Positions 18,790 to 27,360 of a DNA stretch of 64,000 bases are shown here, piece after piece. Each line of letters begins with the position of its first letter. Positions within the stretch are counted from its first letter, which is position 1. This DNA comes from Bacilli bacterium. Its GTDB lineage: Bacteria > Bacillota_I > Bacilli_A > ML615J-28 > CAG-313. The DNA is taken from positions 6,179 to 70,178 of the forward strand of contig JAFQRV010000008.1 of assembly GCA_017409905.1 (NCBI GenBank). The letters are read 5' to 3'. A program made the translations under genes and the position numbers. The notes beneath the pieces are model-generated. The model was given only the letters and a program-made list of their open reading frames with translations. It did no database searches and was not told where the DNA came from.

Positions 18790-19196
18790 GGTAAAATCAC
18801 TAAAGTAGTTTCAATTAAATACTCTTTATATCTGCCAATTCCCTTTTTACCAATAACTGCCGATTTAACAGTATAAGTACCAGGTTCTAATTCAATATCT
18901 AAGTTTTCTAAATTAATCTCACAATGAGATACATCGCTAAACTCAACTTCTAAATCAATATCTCCAATCCAAAAATCATAAGTATAGGTTTTAGCATCTG
19001 TTTCAATATCGAAAGCTATAATTTCGCCAACTTTATATGTATAAACTTCTTCTTTAAATGACACTTCAAACTCTGTATCTACATGAGCATCTAGAAATTT
19101 ATGAAAACCCCAATCAAGAACAAAAAAGATTAATAATGTAATACAAGAAAATAATAGAAACCAACCAAGTCGCTTATACCAACGATCATTAGCCAT
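18780..19196 (-). CDS. Hypothetical single-pass membrane protein with a ~100-aa beta-rich ectodomain
   Basis: 138 aa with TM segment LGWFLLFSCITLLIFFVL. The start overlaps the ffh stop (TAATG). No family recognised. Confidence 0.6.
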   Translation of the reverse strand: MANDRWYKRLGWFLLFSCITLLIFFVLDWGFHKFLDAHVDTEFEVSFKEEVYTYKVGEIIAFDIETDAKTYTYDFWIGDIDLEVEFSDVSHCEINLENLDIELEPGTYTVKSAVIGKKGIGRYKEYLIETTLVILPKE

Positions 19197-20602
19197 TAAA
19201 ATCTAAAGCCTCCTCTATTTTTCCCTTTGCCTTTTTTAACTTTTTGTTGAGGCATATTAGGTACATATTGTCCTTTAGCCATCTTTTCCATTTGAGTTTC
19301 ATCCATACCCATCATCGATTTCATTTGTTTTTTCATGGTTTCAAATTGAGAAGTCAAAGCATTAACTTCTTGATAACTTCTACCAGATCCTTTAGAAATT
19401 CTTTCTTTTCTTGAACGACTTGTACTTATTAAATCTGGATTCTTTCTTTCTTCCACTGTCATTGAACCAATAATAGCTTCAATATAAGCAAATTTCTTTT
19501 CATCAATATCAATATTTTTTAATTGTTTACCCATTCCAGGAATTAAACCAAGTAATCCTTTTAAAGAACCCATTCTCTTAATCATCTTTAATTGTTTTAA
19601 GAAATCATAATAATTAAAATAACCTTTTTGAAGTCTTTCTGCCATATCCATTGCGTCAGCTTCATCAATATTTTCTGTTGCTTTATCAATTAAAGTTAAA
19701 ACATCACCCATTCCAAGAATTCTGCTAGCCATTCTATCAGGATGGAAAACTTCAATTTGGTCAAGTTTTTCCCCCATACCACAGAACTTAATTGGAATAT
19801 TTGTCATATATCTAATAGATAATGCGGCACCACCTCTAGTATCACTATCAAGTTTAGTTAAAATACATCCTGTAACACTTAATGCATTATTAAATTGAAT
19901 AGCCACATTAACAGCATCTTGACCAGTCATCGCATCAACTGCAAGTAAGATTTCATGAGGTTTTGCGATTGATTTAATATTAACTAATTCTTGCATTAAG
20001 GCTTCATCAATTGATAAACGACCAGCAGTATCAATAATTACTAAATTACAGTTCTTTGTTTTAGCATAAGCTAAACCTTCTTGAACAATAACTTCTGGTT
20101 TTTTCAAGATACCTTGTTCATATACTTCAACATCTAATTGTTTACCAAGGGTAACTAATTGATTAACCGCAGCAGGTCGATAAATATCAGCCGCAATCAA
20201 TAGTGGACGAACGTTATAAGTTTTTCTTAAATATGCCGCAAGTTTTCCAGCATGTGTTGTTTTACCACTACCTTGTAACCCAGCAAGTAAGATTACTGTT
20301 GTTCCATTAGGATTCATATTAATTGGAGTTGCTTCTTCTCCCATTAACATTTTTAATTCTTCATCAACAATTTTTAAAACTTGATCACCAGGAGTTAAAG
20401 ATTTCATAACTCTTTCGCCAAGAGCTTTTTCTTTAACATCTTTTATAAATGCTTTAACAACGCGGTAATTAACGTCTGCTTCTAATAAAGAGACTCTAAC
20501 TTCCTTCATCATTTCATCGATATCATTTTCGTTTATTCTTCCACGCCCAGTTAATCTTCTAAGGGCCATCCCTAAACGTTCTGATAAACTTTCAAAAGGC
20601 AT
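19196..20602 (-). CDS. ffh: Signal recognition particle protein Ffh
   Basis: NG domain GLQGSGKTT, DTAGR, TKLD, and a Met-rich M domain. Confidence 0.97.
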   Translation of the reverse strand: MPFESLSERLGMALRRLTGRGRINENDIDEMMKEVRVSLLEADVNYRVVKAFIKDVKEKALGERVMKSLTPGDQVLKIVDEELKMLMGEEATPINMNPNGTTVILLAGLQGSGKTTHAGKLAAYLRKTYNVRPLLIAADIYRPAAVNQLVTLGKQLDVEVYEQGILKKPEVIVQEGLAYAKTKNCNLVIIDTAGRLSIDEALMQELVNIKSIAKPHEILLAVDAMTGQDAVNVAIQFNNALSVTGCILTKLDSDTRGGAALSIRYMTNIPIKFCGMGEKLDQIEVFHPDRMASRILGMGDVLTLIDKATENIDEADAMDMAERLQKGYFNYYDFLKQLKMIKRMGSLKGLLGLIPGMGKQLKNIDIDEKKFAYIEAIIGSMTVEERKNPDLISTSRSRKERISKGSGRSYQEVNALTSQFETMKKQMKSMMGMDETQMEKMAKGQYVPNMPQQKVKKGKGKNRGGFRF

Positions 20603-20607
20603 TTAAC

Positions 20608-20922
20608 TCACTCCATTTCTTTTAATTTTTCAATTAATTCTTTTGTTTCTAAAGTTATATACTCATCATATAACGCATTTCTTTTTAAACTCTTGTTATA
20701 AAGTTCCAATTTTTCTTCAAAATATTCTAAGTTCTTAATAACTTTTTTTAAAGTATCATGAACGGCATTTCTAGAAATACCAAAACTTTCCGCAATCTCT
20801 GCTAAACTAAAATCTTCTTCATAATAAGCAATAAAGATTTCTTGTTGTTTATCGGTTAATAATGTTCCATAGAAACTATATAAATTATTATAATATACTT
20901 TCTTCTCAACTAAATCAAACAT
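20608..20922 (-). CDS. ylxM: YlxM/p13-like putative DNA-binding protein (UPF0122)
   Basis: YYNNLYSFYGTLLTDKQQEIFIAYYEEDFSLAEIAESFGISRNAVHD matches YlxM. It holds the conserved slot between ftsY and ffh. ATG 20922 (GGAG RBS) is preferred to 20943. Confidence 0.85.
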   Translation of the reverse strand: MFDLVEKKVYYNNLYSFYGTLLTDKQQEIFIAYYEEDFSLAEIAESFGISRNAVHDTLKKVIKNLEYFEEKLELYNKSLKRNALYDEYITLETKELIEKLKEME

Positions 20923-21895
20923 CTTCTTCTCCAAATAAACCATAGATATAATCTTCTAAATCAAAGTATTCAAGATCATCCATCTTTTCACCTAAACCAA
21001 TAAACTTAATTGGTAAATTATATCGATCACGAATAGCAAGAACAATACCACCTTTACTAGTACCGTCAAGTTTAGTTAATACAACACCAGTAACATTTGT
21101 AATTTCTTTAAAAGCTTCTGCTTGTGATAAACCATTTTGTCCTGTTGTTGCATCAATTACTAGTAGAGTTTCATGTGGACCATCAGGTACTTCTTTTTGA
21201 ATTACCTTATTCATCTTTTCTAATTCTTTCATTAAATTTGTCTTATTTTGAAGACGTCCAGCTGTATCACATAGTAATACATCATATTTCTTTTCTTTAG
21301 CAACTTTAATAGCATCAAATATAACACTTGATGGATCACTACCTTCAGGTCTTGTAACAACCTCAATTCCTAGTCTTTCACCCCAAACTTTTAATTGATC
21401 AATTGCGCCTGCTCTAAATGTATCACCAGCTGCTAAAAGAACTTTTTTACCTTCATCAATTAAACGATGAGCAATTTTTGCGATTGTTGTTGTTTTACCA
21501 ACCCCATTTACCCCAACAAATAATAATACACTCAAATCATCTTCTTTTAAATTTAATGAAGTATCTACTATTTCATTTTTCAAATATAATTCAAACATCT
21601 TATCAACAATAATTGGATGTAATTCTTCAGGAGTATGAATTCCTTCTACTCTTTCATCTTCTTTTAATTCTTCAATAAAATCAAGAGTAGTTTCAACACC
21701 AATATCTGCCATAATAAAGATATCTGTTAAATCATCAAATAATTCTTCAGTAATATCATCATAACTTTGGAATAAACCTTTTAATTTATTTAATAAACCA
21801 TTTCTAGTCTTTTCCATCCCTAAACGATATTTATTGGCTTTTTCTAATGCTTTATTATCTTTCTTCTTCTTTTTAAATATTGAAAAAAATCCCAT
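20915..21895 (-). CDS. ftsY: Signal recognition particle receptor FtsY
   Basis: GVNGVGKTTT, DTAGRL, TKLDGT. A short N-terminal basic region precedes the NG domain. Confidence 0.95.
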   Translation of the reverse strand: MGFFSIFKKKKKDNKALEKANKYRLGMEKTRNGLLNKLKGLFQSYDDITEELFDDLTDIFIMADIGVETTLDFIEELKEDERVEGIHTPEELHPIIVDKMFELYLKNEIVDTSLNLKEDDLSVLLFVGVNGVGKTTTIAKIAHRLIDEGKKVLLAAGDTFRAGAIDQLKVWGERLGIEVVTRPEGSDPSSVIFDAIKVAKEKKYDVLLCDTAGRLQNKTNLMKELEKMNKVIQKEVPDGPHETLLVIDATTGQNGLSQAEAFKEITNVTGVVLTKLDGTSKGGIVLAIRDRYNLPIKFIGLGEKMDDLEYFDLEDYIYGLFGEEDV

Positions 21896-22060
21896 AAGGC
21901 ACCTCTTCTTTCTTTTGTCTATTATACTATAAAACAGTTAAAACTGCAAGTTTTATAATTAGTAAATAAGTTAAAGTATTTTTTAACAGTAATGATTATA
22001 TCAAATACTAATTTATATGTACATCTTTTTCATATTAAAATGTTTCACATCAAATCAACT

Positions 22061-22090
22061 AAAAAAATAACCGACATTGTCGGTTATTTT
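22061..22090. terminator. Terminator after the LRR lipoprotein gene
   Basis: A6-ATAACCGAC-ATT-GTCGGTTAT-TTT; perfect 9-bp stem. Confidence 0.8.
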
Positions 22091-22092
22091 AA

Positions 22093-23589
22093 TTATTCAA
22101 TTACTTCATAATACTCATTATTTTCATTAAGAACAAATAAATGTTTAGCATAAATCATTGGATTAGAGTCTTCATTATAAAACTCAATATTTTTCCATTC
22201 TTCAAGGGTTCCGTTAAAATATATATTTTCCAAACCTAAACATTTAAAAAAAGCATCTCCACCAATAAATTTTACTGTATTAGGAATTGTTATCGATTTG
22301 ATATTATCAAGAAAACAAAATGCACTATCTCCAATTTCTTCCCCTCCGGTTATTATAACCTCTTCTAAACTTTTTGGGCTATAATTCATCTCTTGACCTG
22401 GGTTGCCAAATATAAAGCCAAAAGTTTCTCCTCTAGAACCTTCTTTTCGAACACCAACAAAAGGAATTGTTATGGACTCTAAATTAGTATATCCAGAAAA
22501 TGACCCTATTTCAATTGACTCTACACTATTTGGAATAATTAGTTTTTTAACACATTTAAATCCTTCAAACTTTTTAATAGTGATTTCTTTAATCGTATCA
22601 GAAATAATTAGCTCCGTTAATAAATAATATTCATTATTATTATCTAGCATATAAAAATTATCAGCATAGTGCATTGGGTTATCTTTAGAATCGGCAAATT
22701 CAATATTTAACCACTCTTCAATTGTTCCTAAATAATATACATTTTCTAATTCATTACAACCCACAAATGCTTCACTTCCAAATTTTTTAATGCCAGCAGG
22801 TAAAGTTATACTTTTTAATTTACCGCATCCAATAAATGTACATTCTTCAATACAAGTAACATTATTAGGTATTACTATGCTTTCCAAACTACTACAACCG
22901 TAAAAAGCATACTGTCCTATGCTTTTAATAGTATTAGGAATTTCAACGTCAGTTATACTAATGCATTTATAAAATGCATAATCATCTATTTTTGTAATAG
23001 TATATTCTATATTAGATACCTTAATATTTTCTTCTACATCAATTTTCTTATTACTTTCTACATTATATTTAGCTAATCTAGCTTCTTTAGTTTGAGAATT
23101 TAATATATAATGTGTACCATTTTGTACATGTATATTTGATGATCCTACTCCCATATGAGTTGGACGATCAATATGTTTCCAAGTAGAAGGTCTTGTTTGG
23201 GCTTCACAATATATAATCAGATTATTACAACCATAGAATGCATTTTCTAATATATGAGTTACACTATTTGGAATAACAATTATCTCCAAGTTAATACAAT
23301 CTGCAAATGCTGATTTTCCAATAATTTGTACAGTATTTGGAATTTTTACACTTTCAATTGATGAATTCAAAAAAGCATTGTCTTTAATTTTAACCACAGG
23401 TAATCCTTCGTGTTCACCAGGAATGATAATATCTTTATCAGTCGCTGTACCTATATCACTTAATATATAATACGTGCCATCAGCACTTAATTGATATTCT
23501 AAACCTTCTGTTTCAGTTTTTTGAGTTTCTTGATCACAACCCCATAAACAAAACATAAATATTAGAATTAAAACAAATATTTTTTTCAA
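22093..23589 (-). CDS. BspA-type leucine-rich-repeat surface lipoprotein
   Basis: Signal peptide with lipobox LWGC. Many repeats of the IPNSV..I...AF..C..L..I type (LRR_5/BspA class). Confidence 0.8.
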   Translation of the reverse strand: MKKIFVLILIFMFCLWGCDQETQKTETEGLEYQLSADGTYYILSDIGTATDKDIIIPGEHEGLPVVKIKDNAFLNSSIESVKIPNTVQIIGKSAFADCINLEIIVIPNSVTHILENAFYGCNNLIIYCEAQTRPSTWKHIDRPTHMGVGSSNIHVQNGTHYILNSQTKEARLAKYNVESNKKIDVEENIKVSNIEYTITKIDDYAFYKCISITDVEIPNTIKSIGQYAFYGCSSLESIVIPNNVTCIEECTFIGCGKLKSITLPAGIKKFGSEAFVGCNELENVYYLGTIEEWLNIEFADSKDNPMHYADNFYMLDNNNEYYLLTELIISDTIKEITIKKFEGFKCVKKLIIPNSVESIEIGSFSGYTNLESITIPFVGVRKEGSRGETFGFIFGNPGQEMNYSPKSLEEVIITGGEEIGDSAFCFLDNIKSITIPNTVKFIGGDAFFKCLGLENIYFNGTLEEWKNIEFYNEDSNPMIYAKHLFVLNENNEYYEVIE

Positions 23590-23668
23590 ATTATCACCAT
23601 CTTTTCATATTAGTTACTTTAATTTTATCATAATAAAAAATAATTTACAATATATTATAAAAACAAAG

Positions 23669-23694
23669 AATAACCGAAATAGTCGGTTATTTTA
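23669..23694. terminator. Terminator after the 500-aa lipoprotein gene (near-copy of the 22061 hairpin)
   Basis: AATAACCGA-AATAG-TCGGTTATT-TTA. Confidence 0.75.
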
Positions 23695-23710
23695 TAAATA
23701 ATAATATGTT

Positions 23711-25213
23711 TTACAAATTATCAGATAAAATACTTATCAAATCATCAAATTCCTGTAAAATACTTTCTCTTTTCTCACTAAAATCTTTAAATTCTACAGT
23801 ATTAATTAATTCTTTTATTGTATCTTTATTTTCTATAATTACATTATTAGACTTTAAAAAATTATTCAATAATTCATCTAATTTTTCATCTTGCCCATAT
23901 AATTTAAAATACTCATATAAAGTTTCACAATAATAAATAACATATGGGTTGGTAGTGATATAATCAACCTCAAAACTTTCTTTATTTGGTAAAACTACTT
24001 GTAATTTATTAATGCCTTCTTTCGAATTCATTGTTGTTTTAAAATTAGGCGACAACTGAGTGAAATTGACATAAACAGATTTATTTTTTGAATATAATAT
24101 TACTCTATATGGATTTTCAACCATACCATCAATTGATATATTTGGGCGTTCTCCAACTTCAACAAAATTTACGATTTTATCTTTATACCCATTTGTTACA
24201 TAGTAATATGCTCCATTTACTTGAGGTAAATCTTTTTGCAGTTCTTGAATTTCTTCATAAGTATATTTTGATTGTTTATAATTTTTAATTTCTTTTTCAA
24301 GCTCTTGAATAATTTCATTTATTAAGTTTTCATAAAAACCATTCTCAGTTGCATGATATACTTTACTACATTTTAAATATTCATGAATCCATGCATTTGA
24401 GCCATAATGACTTAAATCTATTTTTTCGCCAGCTTCATCATAAATTTCTTCATATTCAAATCTATCGATATACGAAATATCTCCATTAATACAAGATAAA
24501 GCATAATCATCAAAATTACTTTCATTTACCGCAAAATAATTATCTTTTTGCCACCATATTAATATATAATAATATTTGTCTTTATTTAGATCATATGAAA
24601 GTTTTAAATAGTCCATGGCCTCAACAGTTCCATCATTATCAAATGATAAGTTATAATAAATCGCATTATGTTTATCAACATTGTATACTTCATAACTACC
24701 ATTTTCACTTAAAATATATTCATTATTCTTTACAATTTTTTCGGTTGAAAAAGCCCATTGTTGAAGAATTAAAATATTATTAATAAATGTTGACATCATT
24801 CCATCAAATGATGAATAAGTAGCTTCTTCGAATTGAATTCCAGCATTTTCTAATTCTTCTTTTCTACTAATTGTCTCTTTTTTATTTTGTCTATATAAAT
24901 AATTGGCATTTTTTTGTTCATCAATATTAATAGTCGCATTTTGAATTAGATCAACTGCATATTTTCCTCTTTCAGATAATTGAGCATAATCAGTATAATA
25001 TTCGACTACCTCATTTTGAGAAACGATATGTTCAAATTCTTTTTTACTATTTGGATCACTTTGTCCACAAGAACACATTCCATCTTCATAAATGTGTTTA
25101 TGTACCTGATTATTATTATTATTATTATTCGATGAACTAATTAAATCGTTAAAGCTACATCCAGATAATAATAGTAAAAATACTAACAAAACTATTTTAT
25201 TAAAAATTTTCAT
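23711..25213 (-). CDS. Hypothetical lipoprotein
   Basis: 500 aa. Lipobox LLLSGCS, a poly-Asn linker, then an HKHIYEDGMCSCG mini-motif. No family recognised. Confidence 0.6.
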   Translation of the reverse strand: MKIFNKIVLLVFLLLLSGCSFNDLISSSNNNNNNNQVHKHIYEDGMCSCGQSDPNSKKEFEHIVSQNEVVEYYTDYAQLSERGKYAVDLIQNATINIDEQKNANYLYRQNKKETISRKEELENAGIQFEEATYSSFDGMMSTFINNILILQQWAFSTEKIVKNNEYILSENGSYEVYNVDKHNAIYYNLSFDNDGTVEAMDYLKLSYDLNKDKYYYILIWWQKDNYFAVNESNFDDYALSCINGDISYIDRFEYEEIYDEAGEKIDLSHYGSNAWIHEYLKCSKVYHATENGFYENLINEIIQELEKEIKNYKQSKYTYEEIQELQKDLPQVNGAYYYVTNGYKDKIVNFVEVGERPNISIDGMVENPYRVILYSKNKSVYVNFTQLSPNFKTTMNSKEGINKLQVVLPNKESFEVDYITTNPYVIYYCETLYEYFKLYGQDEKLDELLNNFLKSNNVIIENKDTIKELINTVEFKDFSEKRESILQEFDDLISILSDNL

Positions 25214-25373
25214 AAAATACCTCCTATTTGTATATATTATATATTATTTATATTTAATTGTCAAACACAAAAATTTTAATCATCCAAAAAAATGCATCAA
25301 TTTCTATGATAATATTAATATGCTTTATTTATAAAGAAATATCTAATATTAAATTATTATATTATTAAAAATT

Positions 25374-25412
25374 AAAACGTAAACACGTTTATTTTAGTGT
25401 CTACGTTTATTT
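25374..25412 (-). terminator. Probable terminator after the ABC exporter pair
   Basis: ACGTAAACAC-N10-GTGTCTACGT (10-bp stem, one mismatch) with AT/T-rich flanks. Confidence 0.4.
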
Positions 25413-25440
25413 AATCATTCACATACTCGGTGTTTTTTTA

Positions 25441-27360
25441 TTATTCTAATTCAAAAGCACCAGTGTATAGTTGATAGTATGTACCTTGTTTATCAATTAA
25501 TTCTTGGTGAGTTCCTCTTTCAATAATTCTACCATGATCTAATACCATTATAACATCCGAATTCATAACAGTAGATAATCTGTGAGCTATTACAAAGACA
25601 GTTCTACCTTCCATTAATTTATCCATACCTCTTTGAACAATAGCTTCAGTTCTTGTATCAATAGATGAAGTAGCTTCATCTAGAATCATTACTGGAGGAT
25701 CTGCAACAGCAGCTCTTGCGATAGCAATTAATTGGCGTTGACCTTGAGATAAATTTGATCCATTATTATATAATACAGTATTATATTTTTCAGGAAGTCT
25801 CTTTATAAAATCATGAGCACCCGCTAATCTTGCAGCTTCAATACATTGTTCGTCTGTTGCCTCTAAATTACCATAACGAATGTTATCCATTACAGTACCT
25901 GTAAATAAATTTGTTTCTTGTAATACAATTCCAAGAGATTTTCTTAAATCAGCTTTTTTAATTTTATTAATATTAATTCCATCATATCTGATTTTTCCAT
26001 CCGCAATATCATAGAATCGATTAATTAAATTAGTAATAGTTGTTTTACCAGCACCTGTTGCACCAACAAATGCAACTTTTTGACCTGGTCTTGCATATAC
26101 CGAAATATCATGTAAAACTGGTTTATTTTCAACATATGCAAAATCTACTTCTGTTAAAACCACATCACCTTTTAATTCAGTATATGTAGTTGTTCCATCG
26201 CCATGAGGATGTTTCCAAGCCCAGCGTCCTGTATGGTTATTTGTTTCAGTAATATTACCTTCTTCATCAATTATAGCATTTACTAAAGTTACATAACCTT
26301 CATCTACTTCTGCTTCTTCATCCATTAAGTCAAATACACGTTTAGCCCCAGCAATTGATCTAACAATAACATTTACTTGTTGAGATAATTGGTTAACATT
26401 ACTTGTAAATTGTCTTGTCATATTTAAGAACGGTACAACAAAGGAAATACCAAAGAAAGCAAATTCTTGATGGAATAATTGAGATAAACTAATATTTGGA
26501 ACTTTTAGAGTAATTAATAGACCACCAACAACTGCCACTATTACATATAGAATATTTCCAATGTTCATAATAACTGGACCTAAAATATTTGCACATGCAT
26601 TGGCTCTAAAACCAGTCATTCTTAATTCTTCATTAATCACTTCTAAATCATCAATTGATTTTTCTTCATGATTAAATACTTTAATAACTTTTTGTCCATT
26701 CATCATTTCTTGAATGAAACCTTCTAATTTTCCAATTGCTTTTTGTTGTGCAAGGAAGTATTTTGCACTACCTCCACCAAATTTCTTGGATACAATTAGC
26801 ATTAATGCAACGCCCGCTAAAATTAGTACAGTCATATATAAACTATAATATAACATGATTACAAAAACACTTAATACAACTGCAGCTGCTCTTAAGATTG
26901 CAGGAATTGAATTAGATATTAATTCTCTAATAGTGTCAATATCATTAGTATATCTACTCATGATATCACCATGTTTATTAGTATCAAAATATCTAATAGG
27001 TAAATTTTGCATTACACTAAATAATTCGATACGAAGTCTTGATAAAAACTTTTGTGATAAGATTGCAAGTAATTGAGTGTATACAACATTTAGAATAATA
27101 CTTACAACATATAAAATTATTAAGAAAATAATAATTGGTAATACTTGTTTTAAAGCTCCATTCCAATCACTTATTACTTGATATTTTTCAATAATCGCAA
27201 TAATTTTTTGTTGAAGAATTGCTGGAACTGTCGCAACTCCTGCACTAAACAACACACAGAAAATTAAGATTGGAACCATTACTGGATGGTACTTAAATAA
27301 CAACTTAACTATTCTTTTGAAAGTGTGACCGTTTTTTTGCTTAACACCATTATTCATCAT
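25441..27360 (-). CDS. ABC exporter permease/ATPase, consensus-site subunit of a heterodimer
   Basis: TMD plus NBD. Walker A GATGAGKTT, Walker B VMILDEATSSID, H-loop VIAHRLS, atypical signature LSQGQ. Start ATG 27360 (GGAGG 8 nt upstream); the ORF-track start at 27465 is an in-frame extension into the upstream gene. Confidence 0.9.
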   Translation of the reverse strand: MMNNGVKQKNGHTFKRIVKLLFKYHPVMVPILIFCVLFSAGVATVPAILQQKIIAIIEKYQVISDWNGALKQVLPIIIFLIILYVVSIILNVVYTQLLAILSQKFLSRLRIELFSVMQNLPIRYFDTNKHGDIMSRYTNDIDTIRELISNSIPAILRAAAVVLSVFVIMLYYSLYMTVLILAGVALMLIVSKKFGGGSAKYFLAQQKAIGKLEGFIQEMMNGQKVIKVFNHEEKSIDDLEVINEELRMTGFRANACANILGPVIMNIGNILYVIVAVVGGLLITLKVPNISLSQLFHQEFAFFGISFVVPFLNMTRQFTSNVNQLSQQVNVIVRSIAGAKRVFDLMDEEAEVDEGYVTLVNAIIDEEGNITETNNHTGRWAWKHPHGDGTTTYTELKGDVVLTEVDFAYVENKPVLHDISVYARPGQKVAFVGATGAGKTTITNLINRFYDIADGKIRYDGININKIKKADLRKSLGIVLQETNLFTGTVMDNIRYGNLEATDEQCIEAARLAGAHDFIKRLPEKYNTVLYNNGSNLSQGQRQLIAIARAAVADPPVMILDEATSSIDTRTEAIVQRGMDKLMEGRTVFVIAHRLSTVMNSDVIMVLDHGRIIERGTHQELIDKQGTYYQLYTGAFELE

